A stretch of DNA of 64,000 nucleotides from Candidatus Hydrogenedentota bacterium (GTDB lineage Bacteria > Hydrogenedentota > Hydrogenedentia > Hydrogenedentales > SLHB01), in NCBI GenBank assembly GCA_963668025.2, contig CAXXTH010000010.1, positions 192,001-256,000 on the forward strand, in the 5' to 3' direction. Shown piece after piece: positions 27,792 to 37,430 of this stretch. Each line of letters starts with the position of its first letter. Position 1 is the stretch's first letter. Both the position numbers and the translations under genes were made by a program. Below the pieces are notes generated by a model. It saw only the letters and a program-made list of their open reading frames with translations. It did not search any database and had not been told where the DNA came from.

Positions 27792-29432
27792 CTATTTCAC
27801 CTTTTTGGAAGCGCCCGGCGCTTCCGGCAGGTACAACGCACTGGGATGGACGGCATCCATATAGACCGTATTATGCGCCACGCGGAGATTACCCGGCGAG
27901 GGGAAATCATCGCCCGTATTGGGATTCACCTCGAAGCGCGGGTGGTTGCTGCTGGAAACATGCACGCCGATGCGGTGGCCTTTGTTGAATACCAGGCTGA
28001 TGGACCACAAATCGATGTCGAGCGCGCCCACTTCGCCCGGCGCCAGCGGTTCAGGCTGCTGGAATCCGTTACGGAACTTCACGCGCTGGATGCTGTCGAG
28101 CATGAGGAACTCGCGTCCATCCGGGTAGATATCAACGAGCTTGGCCGTAAAATCCGTGTCGGGTGCGTCTGAAGATACATACAGGCGCACTCGCACGCGC
28201 CCCGTGGCCTCGATAGGCGTATCGAGCGGTTCCGTGGCGAATTTGAGCACATCCGCGCGCTCGCCTATGGCGTGCTGGTCTTTGGGGCCTGCCTCGATGA
28301 GCAGATTAGCTCCACCAAGAGTGGGGCAAGGATTGGCCGGATCAAAGGCATACGACAGGCTTGAAGTTTTCTCCATGGACGCATCCGCCGATAACCGCCC
28401 ATCCGCAGACAGGTAATAGGGCGTTTCAACCGTCGAAAAAGGCGGCCAGGCGTCCGCGGTGCGCCATTCATTGCCCGGAGCTTGCGGATCGTCCACATCC
28501 CCCAAGGTGTAATACCGCACCGCAGGCAGTTCCATGATTGTCTCTGGCTGGCCCGTAAGCCAGGCTTGGAGAAACGCGCCAGCTTGGCCATTGAAATCGA
28601 ACATGGAATTCTCCGGCAGTTTCAGGTCGCCAGCTTCCGGTGCGGGCGAATGGGTCCATGGCCCCATGATGAGTTGTTGATGGCCCCGTGCGCCTTCGCC
28701 GCCCTGTTCCTGGCGTGTTTTGAAGTTATTAATCGTTCCTTGTTGGAAAATATCCCACCAGCCCCCGACGTGGATGCCGGGCGCGGTGATCCGGCCCGCC
28801 TGTGCCTCGGCGTCATACCCGGCCCAGAACGCGTCGTCCGTGGGGTGGCTTTTCCAGAGGCCAATCATCTCGCTGCACTCCACGGCATTGAGCCAGCCCT
28901 CACATAAGGATTTGCGCCAGACGCCGCCTTGGTAGGCCAGTTGGCCGTAAAACTTGGATGGGGCCACAAGAATGGCCTGGGCGGCTAATCGCGGTTCGGC
29001 GGGGGCCATGAGCATTTGAGTGATGCCGAGGGCCGAGGCCCCATATGTGGCGGCTTTGCCATTACACCATGGCTGTTCGAGAATCCAGCGGACCGTATCC
29101 ACGCCATCTTGCAGTTCGCCCCAGCCGTCCGTGGTGAAGATATGGTCTTCCCCCTCGCTCGAACCGCGCCCGCGCGTATCTTGGATGACATAGGCCGCAC
29201 CAAAGGCGCTGGCTATTTGCGCCATGGATTTGTCGCGCCCATACACCGTGCGCGTGAGCACCACGGGGAAAGGCCCCTTGCCCGGTGGCAGTAAACAATC
29301 CGCCGCCAAGCCCACCCCATCGCGCATGGGGATGAGGGTGAACTGGGATTTGGGTCGAGTCAAATACCAAAATAGGACGCACGCCGCCAGCAACAAAAAA
29401 ACAATGGCTGCCCCAATGCGAAATATGTACAT
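27792..29432 (-). CDS. CocE/NonD family alpha/beta hydrolase (peptidase S15-like)
   Basis: IPMRDGV, QDTRGRGSSEG, GASALG, GGWWD, GPWTH, GHRIGVHVSSSN. Confidence 0.9.
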   Translation of the reverse strand: MYIFRIGAAIVFLLLAACVLFWYLTRPKSQFTLIPMRDGVGLAADCLLPPGKGPFPVVLTRTVYGRDKSMAQIASAFGAAYVIQDTRGRGSSEGEDHIFTTDGWGELQDGVDTVRWILEQPWCNGKAATYGASALGITQMLMAPAEPRLAAQAILVAPSKFYGQLAYQGGVWRKSLCEGWLNAVECSEMIGLWKSHPTDDAFWAGYDAEAQAGRITAPGIHVGGWWDIFQQGTINNFKTRQEQGGEGARGHQQLIMGPWTHSPAPEAGDLKLPENSMFDFNGQAGAFLQAWLTGQPETIMELPAVRYYTLGDVDDPQAPGNEWRTADAWPPFSTVETPYYLSADGRLSADASMEKTSSLSYAFDPANPCPTLGGANLLIEAGPKDQHAIGERADVLKFATEPLDTPIEATGRVRVRLYVSSDAPDTDFTAKLVDIYPDGREFLMLDSIQRVKFRNGFQQPEPLAPGEVGALDIDLWSISLVFNKGHRIGVHVSSSNHPRFEVNPNTGDDFPSPGNLRVAHNTVYMDAVHPSALYLPEAPGASKKVK

Positions 29433-29622
29433 TAATGGACTCTCCCATATCTACTGTGGCCGCTACGATTAACCTAATGGAACGGCATAACACGGTTTAT
29501 TCTCGTCTACCTTAGCGTTCTTAGCGGTTTTGTGCGAGTATAAATTGGATGGGCGTCCTGATGGTAGTACAGAGTACAATAATCTGAAAAGTGCCGCTGT
29601 TACTCAAACTTCTATAATAATA

Positions 29623-29750
29623 TGTTTCACGCAAAGCCGCGAAGACGTAAAGATTTTCGAGGACTAACGGCAGGAATACCTCAGCACCTCCTATATCTGA
29701 ATGGTAAAAAACACCATATCGAGATGACTCATTCGCGTCCATTCGCGGTC
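29623..29750. repeat. mosaic intergenic repeat, copy of 17406-17556
   Basis: TGTTTCACGCAAAGCCGC...AACG.CAGGAATA...TATC.GAATGG...ATCGAGATGA...ATTCGCGTCCATTCGCGGT. Confidence 0.75.
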
Positions 29751-29757
29751 AAGGAGC

Positions 29758-31353
29758 CTATCTAAATTCGAGGCCGAATATCTCGGCTTCTTTCAAGTCG
29801 AACCGCAGCACTACATCTTCATCAGGAGCCAATCCCAAGGTGTCGTGCTCTTTCCAGCACACGGCGGCCCAGTGCATATCTCCGAACAAAGAGGCGGCGT
29901 TCTCCATCTCCCGTCCGGGAATCGCTTCACCGGTGCTGCGATACGCCGCCACGCGGATATATCCGCCCCGCCGGGTCTTGGCGTTGATATACAAGCGTAC
30001 GCCCGGAGGCAGCACGGGGATGGTCTCGAATTGCCCTGACTGCTCTGCTTGGAGTGATATTAATCGTCCTTGCGGCCACCGCGCATATCCTGTCCGGCGT
30101 TGCGCCTTGACACGGGGATATTTGTGGGGCACGTTGAATCCCGTGTATGGCAGCACCCAGTCGCCGTTGGGCATCTCCGTCAGATTGGGGTGGGTATACA
30201 CGCATCCGCCATTCCACTGGCCGAATGCGCCGGTTTCTAGTATCGGCTCCTGTGACGCGTACTGCCATAGCAGGCCATCGTGGCTGGTGGCCAAGGCGAT
30301 CCAGGTCTCGTCGTGATGGCATAAATCCCATACCGCTGGGAACATCAGATGATGTTCAGGCGCGCCTGGGATGGTGGTATAACAGTTGGTGTACAATACT
30401 TCGGACGGGCGCATGGCTGGGCTGGCCTGCAAGGCTGCCTCCGGCAGAGAGAAATGCTCGAACTGATTGCCCCTCGCGATGCCCACCGACCGGCGTGCGC
30501 TGTTGAATGTGTCGCCCGCCGAGTACGGCCTGCCTCGCTCCGAGCGGGGCAAGTCCGCGTAATCCCGGGTATAGAGTACATATTCGCCTAGATTTGCGTT
30601 GAACGTGCAGACCAACTGGGTGTCGCAATGGGTGATCACCAACGGCGTGTCATACTCCCGCCATGCAATCCCGTCAGGTGAAACGGCTCCCCGCACGCCC
30701 ATCACCATATTTACATCCGTGCGAAACGCCCGGACGTCTATATCTTCTGGCCAGCGCTCCTGGTAGCGCGCCGCTTGCCCGGGGCTCCATGAGTTGCATT
30801 CCGCCACGAGTTTATACCGTTCCTCCGGCGTGCCCATGGGATCGCGAAACACTGAGCACCCACCCCCTATGAAACAGGATGTTTGGAACACGATGTTATT
30901 TTCTTTCGATGAATCATGTTCGATCTGCATGCACTTTGGGGCGCGCCAATGGTATCCATCATCCGATTCACGGTAGGTAATGTAATGATTTGGCCGCTGG
31001 CCCGGTTTGAAAATCTGTAAATCACCCCAGCCCGTGGCGATCCACGCCCGGTATAGTCCGTCTTCCCGGAACAACGTGCCCATGGCACCCTCGCGCTCCC
31101 ATGGTTTGTCTAGTTGCAGCACATTTTCCTCCAGCTCCGCCGGATATGCCTTCAAACAAATACCCCAGGGATTGCATGCCTCCGGCAGGAGTTTGGCGTC
31201 ATATGGACCTTCTTCGCCCACTACGCTCACATCCGCATTTGCCGTATTCCGCCATCGCGAGAACCCCTGGCTCACAAAGAAATAGTTCGTGAAGACGATG
31301 CGGTTTCCCAGCAGCTCATATGGAACGCCTGAGAGCTTTCTCCTTGCGCACAT
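29758..31353 (-). CDS. putative beta-propeller glycoside hydrolase-like protein
   Basis: Asp-box-like SDDGYHW, SPDGIAW and SHDGLLW repeats, PWERE, C-terminal beta-sandwich; no signal peptide. Confidence 0.6.
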   Translation of the reverse strand: MCARRKLSGVPYELLGNRIVFTNYFFVSQGFSRWRNTANADVSVVGEEGPYDAKLLPEACNPWGICLKAYPAELEENVLQLDKPWEREGAMGTLFREDGLYRAWIATGWGDLQIFKPGQRPNHYITYRESDDGYHWRAPKCMQIEHDSSKENNIVFQTSCFIGGGCSVFRDPMGTPEERYKLVAECNSWSPGQAARYQERWPEDIDVRAFRTDVNMVMGVRGAVSPDGIAWREYDTPLVITHCDTQLVCTFNANLGEYVLYTRDYADLPRSERGRPYSAGDTFNSARRSVGIARGNQFEHFSLPEAALQASPAMRPSEVLYTNCYTTIPGAPEHHLMFPAVWDLCHHDETWIALATSHDGLLWQYASQEPILETGAFGQWNGGCVYTHPNLTEMPNGDWVLPYTGFNVPHKYPRVKAQRRTGYARWPQGRLISLQAEQSGQFETIPVLPPGVRLYINAKTRRGGYIRVAAYRSTGEAIPGREMENAASLFGDMHWAAVCWKEHDTLGLAPDEDVVLRFDLKEAEIFGLEFR

Positions 31354-31437
31354 GCAATAGTTCCCTTCTGCATCAAACTTATGATGAACAATTCTGGCTG
31401 GCCTTTCTTGGGATGTTTTTTCCCTAGTGGGGACAAT

Positions 31438-31486
31438 ATATCAAAATATGATTCAAAAGTCATCTAAAATATTACATATGTTGCAT
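31438..31486 (+). promoter_or_regulatory. candidate AraC/RhaS-type operator A (divergent region)
   Basis: ATATCAAAATATG-N14-TAAAA-N11-TTGCAT; same geometry as three other sites in the locus. Confidence 0.6.
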
Positions 31487-31610
31487 TTCCGCTGGCTCGT
31501 GTCTGATGAGGGTCTTTGCGGGAAGCCGCGATGAATTTGAGCATCCAATTGCGCTATACTGGTTTTTCAGACGTGGAAGCGTCATAAATATGAGGCAGGA
31601 TGTACGACTC

Positions 31611-32519
31611 ATGAATTCCGGCAACACGAATCAAACCACGGTGCCTGTCATGCGGCTCCAGCGGTATGAACGTTCCCATCGCATAGAAGTGGAAGCAGGC
31701 TATCCCTTCGCTGAGCTGTGTGGATATCTGCCAGTCATCGACCTCATAGAGCTTCGCCAGTGGGATGTCGTGCGGAAATTCCCCCGGCACAGCCACGATG
31801 ATTTATTTCATTTGGACCACTTTCTGGATGGAGAAGGCACTTATGTGATCAATAACCGTCTCAATCCGATTGAGAAAGGGCATTTCTACTTTATTCCGCC
31901 CCATGTGCCCCACCAAGTAAAGGTGGCGGAAAGTAGCACGTTGATCCATCTATCAGTAAAATTTAGTTGTCCGGGGCTTGATTTTGACGCCATCCCTACT
32001 CTTTTCGCGCCCGAGCCGGAAGTGGCCCAGCGTGTGCAAGACACCTTAAGAGCGGCAGCCGAGCTTCTTTTCGATGATGAACGCCAGTTCATGCTTGCGT
32101 CCCTCATGATGGCCCAGGCATTGGCGGCTCTTCACCTCGCAGCTCAAGAAACGGGTGAGACGGTAAATGAACACATCCGCATTGTCGCCGCGAAGCGTTT
32201 CATGGAGGAGCATTTCGCCCAGCATATTACGCTCGATGATATCGCCCAAGCGGCGGGAGTGGGAGGGCCCCATCTGTGCCGTGTGTTTAGAAAAGAAACG
32301 GGCCAGACACCCTTTGAATTCTTGAGAAAAATCCGGATTGATTGCGCCAAATACTGGTTTTCCCAAACCGATGAAAAACTCGCCGATATCGCGGTGTATA
32401 CCGGGTTCGGCTCTTCCCAGGAAATGAATCGCGCTTTCCGTAAACTGACAGGTATGAGCCCTCGCCCATACCGCCAGATGCTGCTGAACATAAGCGCCGC
32501 CCCCTCTGAGCCAGCGTAA
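31611..32519 (+). CDS. AraC family transcriptional regulator (cupin plus double HTH)
   Basis: PRHSHD cupin, ITLDDIA, HLCRVFRKETG, GFGS...RAFRK; start chosen by alignment with the 47074-47982 paralog. Confidence 0.92.
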   Translation: MNSGNTNQTTVPVMRLQRYERSHRIEVEAGYPFAELCGYLPVIDLIELRQWDVVRKFPRHSHDDLFHLDHFLDGEGTYVINNRLNPIEKGHFYFIPPHVPHQVKVAESSTLIHLSVKFSCPGLDFDAIPTLFAPEPEVAQRVQDTLRAAAELLFDDERQFMLASLMMAQALAALHLAAQETGETVNEHIRIVAAKRFMEEHFAQHITLDDIAQAAGVGGPHLCRVFRKETGQTPFEFLRKIRIDCAKYWFSQTDEKLADIAVYTGFGSSQEMNRAFRKLTGMSPRPYRQMLLNISAAPSEPA

Positions 32520-32562
32520 GCGGATCCGGCTGTAAAACAAGCCGCATGCGCACCTGCTTGCG

Positions 32563-33600
32563 TTATCGAACCGCAAGGTCGTATAACGCGAGTAAATTCT
32601 CCGTAGGCACGTCATCGGTTAAGTTTTGGCATGCCATGAGGATATAGCCGCCTTGTTCCCGGCCCAACGATGTATATGCGCGGCATTCGGCGCGGACTTC
32701 CTCTGGTGTGCCGAATGGCAGAGTCTGCTGTACGTCGACGCCTCCATGAAAAGCCAATTGCCCGCCGAATTCGGCAACGAGATCCGGCAAATACATGCCC
32801 GAGGCCCTTGCCTGCACCGGATCAAGAATATCCACGCCATCCGCTATCAAACTCGGAATTAACGCGTGAATGGAGCCGCACGAGTGGAACATGACCCGGC
32901 ATCCATAATCATGGGCTAGATCGAAAAAGGCCTTTTGCGGGCCGCGAAAAAACTCTTGCCACTGCGCGGGCGACATGAGCAAGCTGGCTTGTGTGCCGTA
33001 GTCGTTTCCGAAATAGGCGATGTCCAGCATGCCGCCGCATGCATCCAAGTAAAGGCGGGTAACTTCCAGGTAGTATGCAACCACATGGTCCACAAGGGCA
33101 TGGACCAGTTGCGGCTGCACCAGCATCCAAGCCAGCAGATTTTCTTCTCCTATCATCCATCCCACTTCATGGAAGAATGGGCACCACGGCGAGCCATAGG
33201 TGGCATGCCGGCCATGGAATTGGGCGCACATTTTCCGAATGCCTGAATAATCCAGCGCCGCCGGATCTGGCCAATTGTGGGCGTGGATATCGTCCAGCGT
33301 GGCGCCATCCTGAAAAGGATAGATGGTTTCCATCGCGATATTGGATGTGTTCTGCTTCGTCCGGACCCCAAACCGGGACCGGACGAAGCCATCCTCTTCA
33401 AGTGTTGGCGGCGGGCAGAGTTTCGCATGGGAAATGCGCCGCATATCCACTTCGAGCGCTTGCAACAATTCCTCTTCACTATGCACGCCCAGACGCTCCA
33501 TGAGCCGTGGAGTGACATTTCCCTTCGCCAGATAATCCACTGGCGCACGGTCCACCGGGCGGTGTTCGATAGCGGCCAATACCCGTTCCCGTTCCGTCAT
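32563..33600 (-). CDS. uroporphyrinogen decarboxylase/MtaA-CmuA family protein
   Basis: MTERERV...DRAPV, GNDYGTQ, FHSCG, GGVDVQQTLPFGTPEEV, GGYIL...VPTEN. Confidence 0.88.
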   Translation of the reverse strand: MTERERVLAAIEHRPVDRAPVDYLAKGNVTPRLMERLGVHSEEELLQALEVDMRRISHAKLCPPPTLEEDGFVRSRFGVRTKQNTSNIAMETIYPFQDGATLDDIHAHNWPDPAALDYSGIRKMCAQFHGRHATYGSPWCPFFHEVGWMIGEENLLAWMLVQPQLVHALVDHVVAYYLEVTRLYLDACGGMLDIAYFGNDYGTQASLLMSPAQWQEFFRGPQKAFFDLAHDYGCRVMFHSCGSIHALIPSLIADGVDILDPVQARASGMYLPDLVAEFGGQLAFHGGVDVQQTLPFGTPEEVRAECRAYTSLGREQGGYILMACQNLTDDVPTENLLALYDLAVR

Positions 33601-35855
33601 TATGGTTTTTCCTCAAGGTCCACCACGAGCATTTCATGCTCGTCAATTTGGGGTATGGTTACGCGCACATAACCTTGTTCCGTTTCGACTTTAGGCTCAG
33701 CTCCGGAAGGAACGATGGCCATGTGCTTGATCGCGGCAGGCAAACGCAGCGTGACATGGGCGTCATGAATGGGCGTGATTTCATCTAGCGTGTCCCGCTG
33801 GCTGCGTTCAAATAATCGCGTGGACATGGGGGGAAGGTTCAACAGATGGACCACCATGCGCTGATGTTCGTTCTGCCAGAAGGCGTTGCTGATGATCTGC
33901 GCGGGCGCTTCGACTTGCACCGGCGGCGGAGACAGTTGAATGAGTGAAGTGAGGATATGTTTGATCGAGCGGTATGGCGACTGGTAGTAACCTTGGGTCA
34001 CGTCGTCACATATATAGATGGCCTCGCCTGCTCCTATCCGATTGCGCACGATGGCCGGTTTGCCTGCGAGATCCGGCGCGGGTGCGAGGTAGGATTTGCC
34101 GGTTTCTGTAGCGAGCGCTTCCGCGCCCGGGAGCGCGCTGATCAGCGTCCGGCGCGTTTGCCAGGTGAAGCCGGGCAAGCCGTTGTTCAGCGCGGGCACA
34201 GACAACTCACGCGACCAATGCGGCGGTTCCAAATCCGTCTTATTCAAGGTGTCTTCGTAATGCGCGCCGAACAAATCGCCCAACCGGAAATCGTTCTGGC
34301 GGTTGCCCCACTCGTCATACAACGAGGTTTCATACGTGGCGATGATGCGCCCGCCTTCCTTGACATAGGTTCGAATGGCCTCGCAGGCCTCCGTGCTCAA
34401 ACAGGCCACATTGGGAAGCACCACCACCGGGAAGCGTTTCAACTCTTCCACGGTGAGCGTGTTGTCGAATAGATGGGCGTATTGCACATGCCCGGCCATG
34501 AGAATGGATACTAAGCCGAAGAAGGACTCCGTGAAGAGCCGGTCCGTGTTCCGGGGCTGATCTTCGCGGCGCTGCCGGAGCCCCCAAAAGTCGCGCGTGT
34601 TATTGCTAAGCACCACGCCGCAATACGGAACCCGTTCGCCGCCAAAATAGGCCTCGCGCGCTTTCAGTGCGGCATTGATTTGAGTATACATCTCCGGTTG
34701 TACGGCCGTGCCGGTGTGGACGCCGCCTTCCAGCCAAATTTGGCTGCCATACGTGAAGGCGCTCAATGCCGACATGCGCAATCCTAGCCCATCGCTGGGC
34801 GTATTGAGATTCCAAAGCGGTATGTGGGTGGATTCCGTGAACGTAGGCTGCCACATGTCGCATCGAATCGGATTCATGTCGGATGACATGGAAAGCCAGA
34901 ATGGCGTGTTTTGCGCTGGATTGCTAGGCTCGAGCCGGGCGTGGTTCGATGCGCCAATCACCAAGGGAAAGCGTGACAGAGGCACGGCTTCCCGCCAGCG
35001 GTTCCAGGAAAGGGGGGCAAACTGGCCTCCATGGTCGGCATCCGACACCAGCGGCGTCGTGAAATGCGTGTTGAACGAGAGGCTCACATGGGGATATTCG
35101 GCGCGCACTTGTTCGGCGACCCATGCGCCATTGGCGATATGCCGGTCATAACGCCAGCGGACCCAGCGGCGAAACGCATCTGATTCCCAGTCTTCAGTCA
35201 TGGGCCAATCCAAACCAGATTCTCTCTTCCAATCGGCAGCGCCATGGGCGAACGGCTCCCCCACTTGGTTATAGGATTCCATGCTGAAGCCATCGAGCCA
35301 GAGGCCGTCGGCTCCCAGCGCGCAGATTTCCTTGAGCGCCTGTACAAACAATTCCCGAAACTCCGAATCGAGTGACGCCAAGCGATATCCTGTGCGGTCT
35401 TCCCGGTCCCGGGGGGCATTGGGGTCGAAGCTGGCCGCCTGCCCGGGTGGAATATCCGCATACCGGGGATCTTTGGTGAACATGACTACAGGCGCATAGA
35501 CAATGACCCGGACGTTCTCGCGATGGCAGGCTTCGATGATTTGTTTTAAGGTATCCGGTTTAAAATTCCGCCATTCCGCGAAGGGGAAATATTTGGAAGG
35601 ATAGGTCGCGCCCCAGTCGTCGTCGAGGCCATGCACCATGACTGCGTTATAATCATGTTCGCGAATGACGGACATGAAGGCTTCAATATTGTTAGAGACC
35701 AGCGTGTGCGTCGCACCCAGCATACGCAGCTCATGCTTCGGGGAATAGGCTTCAGCCAGTTCCGATTCTGGCGACGCCCAGGCCAGGCTAGTAAGCACAA
35801 GAAAGGATATTGCCCATATCCTTGCCGCCAGCCCGAGATTCTGATGATTCCACAT
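33600..35855 (-). CDS. secreted TIM-barrel glycoside hydrolase-like protein with GH42-type trimerisation domain
   Basis: Signal peptide, YPSK, IIEACHRENVRV, ADGLWLDG, LPNVACLS...YVKEGG...TSLYDE. Confidence 0.75.
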   Translation of the reverse strand: MWNHQNLGLAARIWAISFLVLTSLAWASPESELAEAYSPKHELRMLGATHTLVSNNIEAFMSVIREHDYNAVMVHGLDDDWGATYPSKYFPFAEWRNFKPDTLKQIIEACHRENVRVIVYAPVVMFTKDPRYADIPPGQAASFDPNAPRDREDRTGYRLASLDSEFRELFVQALKEICALGADGLWLDGFSMESYNQVGEPFAHGAADWKRESGLDWPMTEDWESDAFRRWVRWRYDRHIANGAWVAEQVRAEYPHVSLSFNTHFTTPLVSDADHGGQFAPLSWNRWREAVPLSRFPLVIGASNHARLEPSNPAQNTPFWLSMSSDMNPIRCDMWQPTFTESTHIPLWNLNTPSDGLGLRMSALSAFTYGSQIWLEGGVHTGTAVQPEMYTQINAALKAREAYFGGERVPYCGVVLSNNTRDFWGLRQRREDQPRNTDRLFTESFFGLVSILMAGHVQYAHLFDNTLTVEELKRFPVVVLPNVACLSTEACEAIRTYVKEGGRIIATYETSLYDEWGNRQNDFRLGDLFGAHYEDTLNKTDLEPPHWSRELSVPALNNGLPGFTWQTRRTLISALPGAEALATETGKSYLAPAPDLAGKPAIVRNRIGAGEAIYICDDVTQGYYQSPYRSIKHILTSLIQLSPPPVQVEAPAQIISNAFWQNEHQRMVVHLLNLPPMSTRLFERSQRDTLDEITPIHDAHVTLRLPAAIKHMAIVPSGAEPKVETEQGYVRVTIPQIDEHEMLVVDLEEKP

Positions 35856-35899
35856 GACTCAAGACCTCCAAGGTTATAGGATAGCGCTTGTTTCGCTCC

Positions 35900-35972
35900 C
35901 GTAGCATGGGCGTCTCGCCCATGTGGCGATGGCTTATGACGTTTGCGTCATGGGCGAGACGCTCCTGCTACG
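35900..35972. repeat. GTAG-type REP doublet (REPIN-like)
   Basis: GTAGCATGGGCGTCTCGCCCATG and an inverted copy CATGGGCGAGACGCTCCTGCTAC. Confidence 0.85.
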
Positions 35973-35999
35973 TTCCGCTGTTTTTGCTGGATGGAAGCT

Positions 36000-36071
36000 A
36001 TCTTGGCATAAACAAGAAAATTAGTCAATAGTTGTGTGTTTTTTATTAACATAAAATTCTATGGTTGATAT
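36000..36071 (-). promoter_or_regulatory. candidate operator and promoter P2 (GH42-like/UroD genes)
   Basis: ATATCAACCATAG-N30-TTGACT-N17-CAAGAT (weak -10). Confidence 0.55.
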
Positions 36072-36089
36072 ATGTTCGGTCCAATACAT

Positions 36090-36126
36090 AAAACAAGGGC
36101 CGCAGCTTACAATGTAGCCGCGGCCC
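36090..36126 (-). terminator. terminator after DUF1559 gene A
   Basis: GGGCCGCGGCT...AGCTGCGGCCC stem followed by TTGTTTT. Confidence 0.65.
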
Positions 36127-36148
36127 GTTAAATTTTAGAAGGATGGAC

Positions 36149-37219
36149 TTATCCCATTCCGCCCATGGCCCACATGTCGCGGGACATGTCAATGGCCAGA
36201 TTGACTTTTCCATTACTCGGCTGGGGTTCATTCCAGACCGGATGTCCACTGCCGAACCGGACCCACGATACATGGCCGTCCATGTAGAGCACATTGGAGC
36301 CGCCGGGGCTATGGTTGAAGGCGACAATACCGGAGGACATGTTGGCTAAAGAGTTCAGTGAATTGCCCCAAGCGTCCCACATGACAGCAAGCGTGCTTTG
36401 CCCCACGGAGCCGGAAGCCGGATTGTTGATATCCGTGATGAAGAATCGCTCGACACCTTCCCGCAGCCGGTGGATGCTCTTTGGCAGCGGTGAACCATCG
36501 GCATCTACATATTGGTCATACGTAGACGGAATCGTGAGGTCTTCCGCGCCATGATGAGGGAAATGTACAATGCCGTATTTCCAGTTCTTGGGACATCCGG
36601 CCGCAGCCACGTTAGCCGTGCTGATGGTGGTTGTATCTATCGTAGTGCCCCGCATGCTCATGCGGAACATGGCACCTACTTGCGAAGAAGTCTGGCAGGC
36701 GTACGGCACATATAAGTACGAAACGGGGAACGACAAGACGGAGTGGAGGCATGCTTCTTCCGCTTCATCGGTGCCTTTGGTGGAAGTATCATCGCGGATA
36801 TATTTCACATATTCCTGGATGTCTTTTTCTGTGAAATTGGGGAATGAACCTTTATCGGTCGTCCACCATCCGTAGGTGTCAGAAAAGTCACTACGTGGAT
36901 CTGAAGGACAGGTTTTGATGTTCACATCATTCCAATAATCTGGATATAACGATGCGCTGTCCAGGCCGCACATCGATTCCGAATCCGCGGGGATATACTG
37001 CATGCCCTGTGGAAAAGCCGCACCTTTGGCTTCGCCCGCGTACATTTTGAAGATCACGCCGAATTGTTTCAGATTGCTGCTGCATGACGCCCGCCGCGCC
37101 GCTTCACGGGCGCGCGCCAATGCGGGTAAAAGAATGGCCGCCAAGATAGCGATAATGGCGATAACGACCAGGAGTTCAATCAATGTGAATCCCTGGTTGT
37201 GCTTCCGTCTCTTGCGCAT
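36149..37219 (-). CDS. prepilin-type N-methylation/DUF1559/H-X9-DG protein A
   Basis: [58 protein letters not shown]. Confidence 0.93.
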   Translation of the reverse strand: MRKRRKHNQGFTLIELLVVIAIIAILAAILLPALARAREAARRASCSSNLKQFGVIFKMYAGEAKGAAFPQGMQYIPADSESMCGLDSASLYPDYWNDVNIKTCPSDPRSDFSDTYGWWTTDKGSFPNFTEKDIQEYVKYIRDDTSTKGTDEAEEACLHSVLSFPVSYLYVPYACQTSSQVGAMFRMSMRGTTIDTTTISTANVAAAGCPKNWKYGIVHFPHHGAEDLTIPSTYDQYVDADGSPLPKSIHRLREGVERFFITDINNPASGSVGQSTLAVMWDAWGNSLNSLANMSSGIVAFNHSPGGSNVLYMDGHVSWVRFGSGHPVWNEPQPSNGKVNLAIDMSRDMWAMGGMG

Positions 37220-37326
37220 TAGAAAATCCTCCTCATCTAATTGTGGAAAACCCTCGTTTATTGACACCCTCCTGTGGGCTCTCTAGCTGGCGCGGCCGCA
37301 CCCAGCATAAGGCCCAGCATGCGGAT

Positions 37327-37398
37327 ATTATGGCATGCTGGGCCTTAAAAGTCAATGAATATGTTTTTTTATCTTCATTTTGATTCATGTATTGATTT
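37327..37398 (-). promoter_or_regulatory. candidate operator and promoter P1 (DUF1559 gene A)
   Basis: AAATCAATACATG-N14-TAAAA-N11-TTGACT-N17-CATAAT. Confidence 0.65.
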
Positions 37399-37430
37399 GT
37401 TTGCGGCGTGTATCATTGGTTTCCATATGT

